64,000 nt of DNA from Chara braunii (taxonomy: Eukaryota > Plantae > Charophyceae), in assembly GCA_003427395.1 (NCBI GenBank), contig BFEA01000043.1, forward strand, positions 372,290-436,289, in the 5' to 3' direction. The translations under genes and the position numbers were made by a program. The notes under the pieces are model-generated. The model did not search any database. It was given only the letters and a program-made list of their open reading frames with translations, and was not told the origin of the DNA. Position 1 is the first letter of the stretch. Every line of letters begins with the position of its first letter. Of this stretch, positions 37,101-44,543 are shown in pieces.

Positions 37101-39395
37101 CTCAATGATTTTCACACGTACGCAGTGTACAAGTACACAGCACGTGCCCTATTCGAGCGGCACAAGCTGTTGCTCTCTCTACAGATTTGCACACGAGTAT
37201 TACAGGCTGGGAATCAGATGAATAGCGAAGAATGGCAGTTCTTTCTACGGGGAGGCACAGTCCTGGACAGAACGTCTCAGTCCCCGAACCCGGGGAAAAG
37301 CTGGATTTCGGAGCAGGCATGGGACCACATCACCGAGCTTGACAAGCTACCTCAGTTCAAAGGAATCGTTTCAAGCTTTGAACAGAACTTAGGTCTGTGG
37401 GAGAGCTGGTATCGGTCATCCGAGCCAGAGGGTGCCGAACTTCCATCCGAATGGGAGAGTAAATGCAGCGAGCTCCAGCGGATGATCCTCGTGCGCTGCT
37501 TACGACAGGATCGGGTTATATTTGCTTCAACAGGCTACGTGGCAAACAGTTTAGGACGTCGTTTTGTGGAGCCACCGGTGCTTGACCTTGGTGAGACCTA
37601 TGATGACTCAGTCCCTGCTTCCCCTCTGATTTTCGTCTTATCTGCAGGTGTGGATCCCACAAGCAGCCTGAAGCAGTTAGCTGGACAAAAGAACATGAGT
37701 GAACGTTTTTTCGCAGTCGCGCTTGGTCAGGGCCAGGCGCCCATCGCTACGAAGTGCATCGAGGATGGCGTGCGCGACGGCAATTGGGTTTTCCTGGCAA
37801 ACTGCCACCTGATGACCGGATGGCTACCTGTGCTGGACAAGATAGTGGACGGCCTGGAAGCCCGAAAACCGCATGCCAGCTTTCGGCTATGGCTATCCAG
37901 CTCGCCAAACCCCAAGTTCCCCATTGGAATACTACAACGAGGAATCAAGATGACAACTGAGCCACCCAAGGGCCTGCGAGCGAATTTGCTTCGACTTTAC
38001 AACGCCACGACTGAGGAGGACTTCAACCAGTGCCGTGCTCAGCAGAAGTACCAGAAGCTCTTCTTCTCCCTCAGCTACTTCCACAGTGTTTTGCTGGAGA
38101 GAAAAAAGTTCGGGATGCTCGGTTTCAACGTCCAGTACAACTTCAATGACACTGATTTTCAAGTCTCCAACGACCTTTTGAAGTCTTATCTGGATTCCTA
38201 CGAGGAAACACCCTTCACTGCCCTCAAGTACCTCATTTCCGAGGCCAACTACGGTGGTCGAGTCACGGATGAGATGGACCGTAGAGTTCTCATCAGCTAC
38301 CTCAACCAGTTCTACTGCGAGGAAACCATCTCCACTCCTAATTATCCTCTATCCCCGCTCCCCTATTACTATGTTCCCGACAACGGTGGCCTTCAAAGTC
38401 ACCGGGACTATATCCTCTCTCTCCCAACTGTTGATAGACCTGAGGCATTTGGTCAGCACCCGAACGCTGACATTGCCTTTCAGATTGCGGACACAAGGAC
38501 TGTTCTTGAGAGCATCGTGAGCCTGCAGCCACGACTAGCATCAGGGACACGTGGCATGCAGAGAGAAGACGTCGTCATGAACCTCATTACCGACCTATTT
38601 CAGCAGGTTCCAGAGCCACTGAACCTGGAGGCGATTCAACGACACAAGCAAGATGATCCGTCCGCCCTCCACGTGGTCTTGTTCCAAGAGATCGAACGGT
38701 ACAATACACTGCTCTTGGCTGTCCGTCACGACTGTATGGAGCTTCAGAAAGGCATCCGTGGAATTGTGTTGATGTCATCAGAATTGGAAGCCATGTTCTC
38801 CGCCCTTTACGATAATAGGGTCCCTGCAATGTGGCTCAAGTGTTACCCCTCTCTTAGACCACTGGGCCCATGGATGAGAGACCTGGTTCAACGAATCATC
38901 GAGCTGAACCAGTGGGCCGCGAAGACGTATCCCATAGTCTATTGGTTAGGCGGGTTCACTTACCCGACTGGTTTTTTAACGGCAGTCCTACAGACAACGG
39001 CGCGACGAATGGTGGTTCCTATTGACACGTTGTCTTGGGACTTCACGGTAATCATCGACAATGAGAAGGATATAATTGCGCCACCGAGAGACGGAGTACT
39101 AGTCAAGGGACTGTTCTTGGAAGGTGCTGGCTGGGATTACCAGAATGGTTACCTCACTGAGCCTGAACCCATGGAGCTCATTGTACAGATGCCTATCATA
39201 CATTTCAGGCCGGTAGAGAGCAAGAAGAAAGCCCACAAGGGTACCTACGCTTGCCCGCTCTACATCTACCCGAAGAGGACGGGCACCAGAGAGCGCCCCA
39301 GCTACATGCTAAGCGTCGATCTCAAGACTGGCACGGCCGATGTCGACCATTGGATCAAGAGGGGGACAGCACTTCTGCTCTCTCTCGCAGACTGA
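25140..39395 (+). CDS. DNAH2: Axonemal dynein heavy chain, inner-arm I1/f beta type (Chlamydomonas DHC10/IDA2-like, vertebrate DNAH2-like); single uninterrupted ORF of about 4751 aa
   Basis: Four AAA P-loops: GPAGTGKT (31497-31520), GKTGAGKS (32343-32366), GNVGVGKT (33354-33377), GVGGSGRKS (from 34398). Also FPRFYFLSSDDLLEIL, LVITPLTDRCY, FNCSDG, FDEFNRI, a coiled-coil stalk with microtubule-binding domain, and C-terminal HWIKRGTALLL. The long DHC_N1-type tail and GGNPLGPAGTGKTETVKDFGKALA fit I1-beta as I recall it. First ATG is at 25140; the track starts at an upstream GTG (25119). Confidence 0.93.
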   Translation: MEGAPAGVPTPAALVSPVDTDEPGPNDVLPAITQDPSVPGAAATDPSTVPSAGIDPGAPGNPGADASRTSLSEPGEPKVPQPSGAEDATALDAAEGDEVSTPPPPEDPVETALRQCVEWVKSRIFMIAKPDLWNESEHGPVARDFLTSTEHGTLFVYVESSTSSTSTSTSTSTLASTLTSTLASTLTSTSTSTSTLTLTSTSTLTSTSTSTSTLRCQKGPPPSGPKEVLFFIRDPHRAVTIDNVDGLVNCATIKGHPLDSMQRFMQGVFVPEVVNNQAWPDNAKKEFMGQLHRFMASLTECTYHVKGKTVLYIPQEDLESMTESRLKKDKDLVQRLESALIHWTRQIKEVVNNQDNAELGEEAGPLAEIEFWRSRSVDLSGIREQLNDPSIGRIVGILEKAKSSYLAPFLNLSNLIQREAMAAEDNLKFLSIFEEPCQALAVAEPKVIPNVLVKILHCIRLIWNISQFYNTPERITGLLRKVSNEIISRCRAKISVKEIFDGDVERCREALRESMKAGEAWKRAYKMTADQVASFASSSSTAGPGRGSISTTAATLKNITNIAAPGHPTNVLETSNPSATPNVGTQNGNKPRPGAAAGGGGDPAVGGRAVGPVDSSYDDAQNRAGSGSKSGAQAGVKSGPGSVPSLRLWDFDTSSVFAHIDAFVQRCRDLLEVCDSQEQFALKKDLPCFGGTRGPEITKSLSDIQAAFQRLAFGLQNLSYSILDVKSTMWHDDYTRFKNGVKDLEVMMQNVITLAFESVANVANSLELLDAFQSMAYRETIKRCLEKVTADVLTTFLGELNGAKKHFDQMRRKPVINSTFPKGAGGALWAQGLRLRIDRPMNWLNSCLGFLPHVAELDELQLQHVQITSAIEQYIRNQHVEWFTSIEQSMPKLLENSLMVLDHDGTLAVNFDRQLLSLFHEAHYWERLGFEIPVLAVEICAHKEKLRVMQEHVLMVARDYNKILRSLEPAERQLFSDRIRYLDKKIHPGLHRLNWVSSKHHLDYFVKEARKFCREVQGTVSDFKMAHEKVLGICKRLGGTLLIIMEKKKVYETWEFEEKQAEHREVVRSKFDQAYSELKKTMEGAYEIFAFDGDDVQREWARYSTKIDRKMEDALRQTVKKSLQELSRALNGDARTEVIPIFNTGVILDKETNRVELKPSVRELVGMMKTVCSELITVVKAMPRLVEAPRPPRSAPADLMLPELLTITYSSLLEEEPEGGVPNMVESGSGGPPKGPTNLPTYYEMISADEDSSVKMITTITSGISGLLEKVQQFLYYWEKKYKHIWDQDKEAYIRRYERAKKTLSAFEGDIMKYKELQEEIEAEDTSTNMRFLRIDCGPLKQAIWAHCEAWVSKFTTLLNTLAKTELESIKSYISSNTQHMQSAVLNLDMLADAVNLWKRLKQEQPTIEARLEPLDEKYKTLEAFEVPVPEQEQEMLSGLSAEWAAFTVLLSTREKELEAAKENFREKLIKLVDTFVKEVAEQRQDFLARMPLTSETSTEAALAFVAEERTKLDANRKKEQDLNQGLNIFDMAQPGYKESIATAKDLDLLEAMWQLKKDWENAYDGWKGGLFRNLQVADMESVAQQLSKRVTKLGRDVKAWAVWSDMRDNLDAFKRTLPLVIDLRNPAMRPRHWVQLQEHMGTTFDPNSDEFTLAKVTELRFDKYAEAIGDLSANASKELAIELSIETLGETWKELTLDMVPYKETHKGVYKLRSTDEIFAALEDNTVTLSTIKASRYYTVFEKDINHWEQSLSLVSEMIEVVLQVQRQWMYLENIFIGSEDIRKQLPAESTMFDSVNASFIASMNTLYESKNVIKGTHVPGLLDTFLEMESKLEKIQKSLENYLEKKRQQFPRFYFLSSDDLLEILGQARDPLNVQPHLKKCFEGIKKLEMHIPGEGRKHYESTGIFSADGEYLPFGASVLTEGRPEEWLNKVEAAMFSTTKRHLLKTLEESKGMKKEKWLKDYPGQCVITAGQIIWTNECERALFVPETSKTALRKLKKRWISYLNKLTAVTRSRLSKIDRLKTVALITIEVHARDVIDKLAKSGCKSVNDFEWSSQLRFYWDREAGECIIKQVLSVFWYGYEYQGNNGRLVITPLTDRCYMTLGAAMFTRRGGNPLGPAGTGKTETVKDFGKALARYVIVFNCSDGVDYQMTGKMFSGLAQTGAWACFDEFNRIEVEVLSVVASQIAAVMSAIKSGAQRFIFEGQDIRLNPACAIFVTMNPGYAGRSELPDNLKALLRPVSMMVPDFVLIAEIMLFSEGFQGAKVLSKKMIAIMELSQQQLSKQDHYDYGLRSFVIPIARAAGVMKRADADQPEEVILYRAMRDLIMPKLVFGDMPLFTALLSDLFPGVEIPVAESGSLQKAIEEELSGSGLQVVPPFVMKIIQIFDCKVARHGNMIVGKTGAGKSEGWKTLSKAMARLKKEGVEDFERVHVYPINPLSLSVDELYGSFDEATHEWTDGVLARIMRTTCKDESPDQKWILFDGPVDTFWIESMNSLLDDNKILTLLSGERISMPSQVSLLFEVEDLSQASPATVSRAGMIYMNVESLGPWPYLRSWLRNKAAAGADQLLIETIGKMAEKYIDATQEFRRRECQELVRVDDLNAVISFCTLFDSLCTLENGVNPADPDTYVAMMELTFLFSLIWSLCASAGEEGRKKMDMFLREQDTRYPPTETVYEYFVDPKKKAWAPWEEKISGGYKPAPDVPFFKIRVPTIDTVRAKFVVRALVLSNRHTLVVGNVGVGKTIIAQSVLYSLPEGRSRMIINFSAQTSAQSLQETIEGKLEKRTKGVFAPTGGKRLVCFIDDMNMPRKSQFGFMPPLELLKFWVDNGFWYDRQKQEVKHVKDMQLLAAMAPPGGGRNQFSMRIQACFSLINVANPSETQLKRIFGTMLNAKLVDFDDEIKPLGDALTQACIDVYRTVSVELLPTPSKSHYVFNMRDLGKVVQGILQATRGFYDSKESMLQLLCHECFRIFGDRMWDKADRAWLENLLDERLTTVFGISWKTLFGDDPMPVFVSFMRPGMDNPPYEPFTDMIAVKELLQERLEDYGLEPGLHPMDLVLFRDAVEHVCRIHRILAQPHGNALLAGVGGSGRKSLARLSAFVTEQKVFSIEIAKTYRLGEFHEDLKNLYRQAGGGDAPKPTTFLFDDTQIVLETFLEDINNILTSGEVPNLFSKEEAQALCDECRPAAQKAHAGDTNDAIFGFFIERVRTNLHIVLCLSPVGETFRNRLRMFPGLVNCTTIDWFVEWPSDALLEVATKLMHSEDLGTAEVKANICCVFVTAHLSVSEMSTSMLSQLKRHNYVTPSNYLEFNKGYSLLLKEKRKELGDNAAKLRGGLQKLDETRQQVASMQIVCQEKKAVVAKAKRDCEELLVEIVQEKRLVDEQEKQVNAEASKIEKETEECNKIATECQKELEKALPALQAAEEALNVLTKKDLAEVKAYPKPPALVELTLAAVMTVLKRPTTWEESKRQLGDPGFLEKLLRYDKDLLVDSLLKKINKYTSNPDFTPETVGKVSLAAKGLCLWVRAMEVYGYVAKDVSPKRAKLKNATDTLAKKQAALQAAKNQLLEVVAKVQALKEKYDVSTANKEALQQELDELEVKLQRAEKLVFGLAGEKVRWQTSIERLQNQLRMLPGDCLVASAFLSYAGPFPSEYRDMLVRQTWLSQVRKLAIPCSADFDFAFFLANASDVRDWNIQGLPADGFSTENGVIVTRGRRWPLMVDPQGQANKWVKSMEASRRLKVVDLQASDLLRTMENAIMFGNPVLLQDILEEIDPALDPILGKTFMKRGNQILIKLGDKEIDYNTDFRLYITTKLSNPHFTPEVSAKATVVNFSVKEQGLEAQLLNLVVQKERPDLDKQKNELVIKVATGKRTQAHLEDEILRMLSTATGSLLDNVELIDTLDKSKTTWEEVNESLKISEDTAKKIEIASAAYKPSAVRSSILFFVLIELSAIDPMYQFSLDAYTDLFLISIQKSPKADSVAERIKSLNDFHTYAVYKYTARALFERHKLLLSLQICTRVLQAGNQMNSEEWQFFLRGGTVLDRTSQSPNPGKSWISEQAWDHITELDKLPQFKGIVSSFEQNLGLWESWYRSSEPEGAELPSEWESKCSELQRMILVRCLRQDRVIFASTGYVANSLGRRFVEPPVLDLGETYDDSVPASPLIFVLSAGVDPTSSLKQLAGQKNMSERFFAVALGQGQAPIATKCIEDGVRDGNWVFLANCHLMTGWLPVLDKIVDGLEARKPHASFRLWLSSSPNPKFPIGILQRGIKMTTEPPKGLRANLLRLYNATTEEDFNQCRAQQKYQKLFFSLSYFHSVLLERKKFGMLGFNVQYNFNDTDFQVSNDLLKSYLDSYEETPFTALKYLISEANYGGRVTDEMDRRVLISYLNQFYCEETISTPNYPLSPLPYYYVPDNGGLQSHRDYILSLPTVDRPEAFGQHPNADIAFQIADTRTVLESIVSLQPRLASGTRGMQREDVVMNLITDLFQQVPEPLNLEAIQRHKQDDPSALHVVLFQEIERYNTLLLAVRHDCMELQKGIRGIVLMSSELEAMFSALYDNRVPAMWLKCYPSLRPLGPWMRDLVQRIIELNQWAAKTYPIVYWLGGFTYPTGFLTAVLQTTARRMVVPIDTLSWDFTVIIDNEKDIIAPPRDGVLVKGLFLEGAGWDYQNGYLTEPEPMELIVQMPIIHFRPVESKKKAHKGTYACPLYIYPKRTGTRERPSYMLSVDLKTGTADVDHWIKRGTALLLSLAD

Positions 39396-39442
39396 TCGAG
39401 CTGCATCCTCTCACAGTCATGCACTCTAACGGGCACTTCGTT

Positions 39443-39700
39443 TTTTTTTTTTTGTTTTTTTTGTTTTTTTTTTTTTCCAGATAACAGAGAGTCTTGGCTC
39501 TGGCTCCTACCATTCTGGGGAGCGACAGTCCGGTTCCTTTCCCCCAGCAAGTCAATTAGGAATACATAAGAGACTCACACACGCTCCCCCCCATTAAGGC
39601 TGGGAGGCCCGAGTAGACGGCATTGATTACTTCCCTGAGGAAATATGTACCACCTCTCACCCCTGCCTAAGTTGCCCTCTGCTAATTTCGCCTACCAGTC
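39443..39700 (-). mobile_element. Short 5'-truncated LINE or SINE-like insertion with poly(A)
   Basis: Poly(T) on +, conserved LINE 3' tail, 17-bp TSD ctaacgggcacttcgtt at 39426-39442 and 39701-39717. Confidence 0.85.
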
Positions 39701-39722
39701 CTAACGGGCACTTCGTTAAAAG

Positions 39723-42077
39723 TTTTTTTTTTTTTTTTCCCCCCAGAAAAAACAGGGCCTTATGGTCCTGGCTCCATATATTTATTCTGGGAGCATCAGT
39801 CCGGTTCCTTTTCCACCGGCAAGTCATGGTAATACAGCAACATACATACGCACGCTTCCTTCCGTCTGGCCGAAGGACACAGCATTGATTGCTCCATCTG
39901 TGTGGAGGATTAACTGTCAACTTGCCTTTTAACCCAACGTCCTCTCAACTTGGGTATACCCTAGCTGTCTGGTATCCTTTAAGCTCAAGACTTTGAGAGA
40001 GGCACAATCCTGTCCACACGCCAACGTCTCTTGTGATGGGTTCTCTCGGTATTCTCTCCGCTCTCTCCTGCCAATCTCCTTCCCTGTGTGCCTTGTTGCT
40101 GTCTTCTTCGGTTATTCCCCTGGTTGCCCTGCTATACCCAGATAGTAGCCGGTATCTCTTGTGTCCTGGAGACCTATACCCAGATAGTAGCCGGTACCTC
40201 TTGTGTCCTGGAGACCTCTCGACCTGTTGCCCCGTCTGAGTTATGCCAGTCTTTCCACCTCAGACTGAGTTCATTTAAACCTGCAACTTTGCCTCCTGCC
40301 AGCCAGTTGTGCTTGAACTTTGCAAGTACCTCCCATTTTGTTTCTGGATTGTTCTGCACCCAGATTTTGACCTTCTTCCATTGGCACAGAATCTCAGCCT
40401 CGATCATACCTTTAGTGGCCGCCCATACCATTTCTCGTGGATTCTTGGCTCCCTCCAGCGTTCTGCTGCATCTCTTTTTCCAAATTGCCCATAGCGTGAC
40501 CTTGCGTATTATTCCAAACCATATCCTTTCAGGTTTGCTCAGATTAAGGGGTAGGTTAGTCCAGAGGAGGAGTTGAAGGGGGTGTTCGGGAAGAGGAGAC
40601 ATGAAAAGGCTATCCCAAAGGTCAGATGCCCTAGCCCAATATTNTGTGGCTTCATTGCATTTAATTAAGCAGTGTAGTATATCTTCTTGTTCCTGGCCTG
40701 CGCAGACCCTGCAGATGTCAGAGGAGTTTGGATCGTTTCTGCTTCTTCTGGAGTGCAACCCTTGATTGACCGGCAGGGCCGTATATGCTATAAGCCACTG
40801 CATGCTTCTGATTTTGATTGGTTTTATGGTTATATAAGTTCTGATTCACTACCGATTAACTTTCGCCATCGGTCCTTGATTACTGGTTCCGGGTCCTTTG
40901 TCTTCAATAACATCCTGTAGCCGAGTTTGACCATATATTCCGAGATTGGAACTGGAGATTTGCTGGTCTTGTCTCTTTGTGGCTGCCAAGCCCACTCATG
41001 CGGGTCGAATTCCAGGTCTTGGACCGATACTCCAATTTGGAAAATCTGTTTTGGCCAGATTCCTAGTACTCTCACCTTGCGAAGTGTAAAAGCCTGGAGC
41101 GTTGTTGTTAGTGGGTCAGTGTTGATGATGATGGGTTCATCCGGTTTTGCCCATTGGATAGGGAACAATGTGAAGATGGACATCGACCCTATTCTCGATT
41201 GTCGATGCGAGAATTGGTACACTCTCGTTGGGGTGCTCTCCTGGATTAGGATTCCCCACTCCCCTGATTTCCAGGTGAAGTCCTCATTGAGTAGATCCTT
41301 CCAGCTATCCGGGATGCTCCGTACGACCTTCCGTAGGTTTTCATCTCTGTGGTGACAGCCTTTTAGTCTGTGTTTAAGTTCATCTTCGTCTAGCCAGTCT
41401 CTCCTTTCCTCGTTCCATATATCTCTCACTCTCCAGATCCCATTTTTGATCCACGTTAGCCATTTATTTCCCGTCGGGGAGAGCGTCCAGGGGTGGTTCC
41501 CTTCGTCTTTCACCCATGGGTTTCCAAAGAGCGGTTGTCTCAGTACTTCTTCCTTTGATCTCGGTCTGTTTATCTTTCCTGGCATAATTTCCCTCCAGAT
41601 TCGTAACAGGGCTGTCCAGTAGGGCAGCGATCCTTGTTCCTGTCTTGGAATTCCTCCTCTCCTCCACCTCCTCCTACCTGTTTTAGGACTCCAGTCTTTA
41701 TTCATCACCCAGAATTGTCCTGACATATTGGGGGGAGATGATGTTGGCGCCAGGCTCCTGATGCTGTCAAGCGCCAGCTTGTTCCATGCCAGCGAATGTC
41801 TGGTCAGGAGTTTGACTATCCATTTGGCTTGGAGGGCTCTTGTTTCCTGTCTGGGGTCTATTATGATAGTATTATCCCAAAGCCACCCTGAGCCGGTTGT
41901 CTTGTGATGTAGTGCCATGCGATCTTTGGTATGTAGTTGCCTCTGTTAGGGTCCCCTTACCATAGATAAGATCTAGTTTTTCGGTTTAGCTCTTTGATTG
42001 TCTGGTCAGGTATGGTCCAGATCGAAGTGATGTACCACATCATTGAGAATATAGACGTATTGATGGTTAGTGCTCCG
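39723..42077 (-). mobile_element. 5'-truncated L1/Tx1-type LINE (ORF2 C-terminal half, 3' UTR, poly(A))
   Basis: ALQAKWIVKLL, EVLRQPLFGNPW, zf-RVT CRVCAGQEQEDILHCLIKC, LWAIWKKRC; poly(T) on + at about 39723-39738. Confidence 0.88.
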
Positions 42078-42093
42078 TTAAGAGTTAAAACTT

Positions 42094-42529
42094 AAAAATG
42101 ACACTTTTTTTGTTCAACTGCACAAGAATTATAAGTCCCAAGTTTCCCAGTTTTCTATGCATTTTTTGGACCCATAGTGCTACACACCTGTAGAAGGAAT
42201 GCCATTTTAGGAATGACATTACTTCGTCATTATACCGTACAAAGTATACGGAAAGCAGTAATAAATCACACCTTAGAGTGAGTCATATGTAGCAGACTGC
42301 AAGCATAAACATCACTCTAAGGTGTGATTCAGTACTACTTTTGTATATTCTTATTATTATGATGACATAATGACAAAGAATTGCCATTCCTAACATGACA
42401 TTCATTCTAGGTGTGTTACGGTGGTTCTACGGGTCCAGAAAATGCACAAATAGTTGATTTTTTTTTTTTTTAAATGGGAAATTTGGCACATTTATTTCGT
42501 GCGAGTAAAGAACAAAAAATGTCATTTTT
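42094..42529. mobile_element. Foldback/MITE-like element (imperfect palindrome of about 436 bp)
   Basis: Nested arms: aaaaatgaca/tgtcattttt, tgcattttttggaccc/gggtccagaaaatgca, aatcacaccttagagtga/tcactctaaggtgtgatt. Confidence 0.75.
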
Positions 42530-43010
42530 GACGAAGGAATGCCCCAGTTCTCTGTACATCCCTCACTCTCCATGGCTATCTGTTTGGCCAAGAAAACAGA
42601 GCTGAGTGCACCGCTAATTGAATAATTCAAAATTCCAATTCCTCTGTCTTCCATGTTAGCGGATCATCTCATCGCATTTGGTCTCTCGGACCATGATCAC
42701 GATGATTTAATCAATGATCCATTTCGTCCCACAAGCTCGTATGGGCTGCCATGGGAGAAAACTTGGAAGTTGGGAACCCACAATCAATGATAATTCTGTC
42801 CCACAAGCACGTATGGGCTTCCATGGGAGGAAATTTGGGACACAGGGGCATAGTCTATAGTCTATAGATATTAGATAGGCCCCTCTAAAAATTCTGAAAC
42901 GACAGAGGCCCCATCAACGACAAACTGAAGTTCATGATGTTCTCTACCGTGTTCCCGCAATTATCGTGGTATCTAGCTAGACTGAGGGCATATTCACACC
43001 AGGCCTCTTT

Positions 43011-43101
43011 TAATCGCAGAACTGCAGAATCAACGGCCAGATCGACTCCTTCGAAAAAAGGAGTCGTCTATCTGGCCACTGATTTTGCAACTCTGTGATT
43101 A
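43011..43101. repeat. 91-bp hairpin palindrome with TA at both ends
   Basis: taatcgcagaactgcagaatca...ggccagatcgactcctt-cgaaa-aaggagtcg...atctggcc...tgattttgcaactctgtgatta. Confidence 0.75.
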
Positions 43102-44124
43102 TAAGGGTTTAGTGTTAATACACTCTGAAAGTTGCACCAAATAACGATGGTGTGTTCCATTTAGGGGAAGACGGTAGGTAGTATGGGGCTGGATCACCTC
43201 TGTTTGCCCTTCACCAGGGTTAGACCACCAGTACACTTGGGCCTGGAGTCCCTGGACGCACCTCACTGTGCGCCAAGCTTTGCCGAACCGCTGGCAGCAC
43301 ACTTCTTTTCTCTTTTGGCTGGTGCCACCAGCCATTGTCGTCCGGTAGGCCCGGGCCGCAAAATTTTCAGAGCAGGCAATGGACTTTCTTCGACAAGGCT
43401 GGGGCCGTGTACTGGCGGTCCAAGGCACTGGGGTTTTCCATATGGATCTTTCAGCAAAGTATGGAGAGCTGTTTCCAGGAAAAAAAAATGGGCAGATTTA
43501 GATGCTATGGGTGGACCTAATCGGGGTGATGTGATCAGCAGAGGAGGCATGCCAAGGGGGTTGGTAAGCTTGGCATAGTGGAGCTAAGCCCAGGTCCTCG
43601 TCCCTGCAGCATGTTGGAATGAGCTTTTTTTCACATAACAGGTGCGTTTGGAGGCCCTTGGGGGGGGTCAGCAGCTATTGAAGATTGCTTTTTCCCTTTT
43701 TCTTTGTTCTCTTTAGAAGGGGGACACCCTTCTAAAGATATCGTCTCATCTCATGGAACTGACTGTCGCTGAGTAAGTTCAGAATTTCATTCAGCGTAGT
43801 CCCAGCTGAATTCAAATTTCAAACTCTTGGTCTGTATGTTAACAGTTGATGGGCCGATCAAGACCCGTCAAGTTTTGTACATTGTAATCTTTCAGTGTAA
43901 TCTAGGTTCATCAGGGTCTAGCAGTGTCGTTGCCAGACCGGGATTAGCTGAAGCGCGCCGGGCAAAGCCAGCCATAAGATGCAGCAGAGTACGGACCTGA
44001 GAACTGTCATTCTGGAAGCTGTGTGCTTGGGCTATGTAATAAAGCACAACTTTCTGGCCTTTGTCACTTCGTCACATCACGTCAGCATGCTGTGATCCTT
44101 GCGCAAGCCCCCCCCCTTCACTTT

Positions 44125-44159
<35 letters not shown>

Positions 44160-44172
44160 GAGTCTTTGACTC

Positions 44173-44217
44173 TTTGGACCATTTCTCAATGTACAAGTGC
44201 CATCCTTGTGCAGGGGC

Positions 44218-44250
<33 letters not shown>

Positions 44251-44268
44251 ACGGCTGTCCCGAATGAC
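44173..44268 (-). ncRNA. U6: Full-length U6 snRNA copy, probably a retrocopy or pseudogene
   Basis: Minus strand gtcattcgggacagccgttaaaattggaacgatacagagaagattagcatcgcccctgcacaaggatggcacttgtacattgagaaatggtccaaa; ACAGAGA and AGC intact; no oligo-T terminator, followed by a hairpin and about 31 A. Confidence 0.9.
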
Positions 44269-44543
44269 TGCACAAGTACCCTACTCTAAGGGGCGAGAAC
44301 AAGATATGAACTCACCAATTTCAATGCTTTATGCTGCTCAGGGTCTACAGGAAGCCAACTTGATGGCTACGCCTCAAGCTCTACCTACAGGAAGCCAATT
44401 TGAAGTTTTGAACCCATTATGGAAAAGCAAAAGGCCATCCAATTGCCATTTACAGCTATTCATATCATCTCAGTTCGTCTGTTGTCGTCGTCTGGGTATA
44501 ATCTCCACCCTTTTCCCCGATTTTCTAGAGGAAAGTGGATGGA

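Noticed and set aside
39441-39476. Homopolymer after the dynein stop as a retrogene poly(A) tail
   Set aside because: It is poly(T) on the coding strand and belongs to an antisense LINE tail with its own TSD.
25216-39555. Many short antisense or alternate-frame ORFs within the dynein gene
   Set aside because: Shadow ORFs of a long coding frame with no recognisable motifs.
43099-43578. Overlapping ORFs of 95-131 aa
   Set aside because: No recognisable motif or splice structure, so a gene call cannot be supported.
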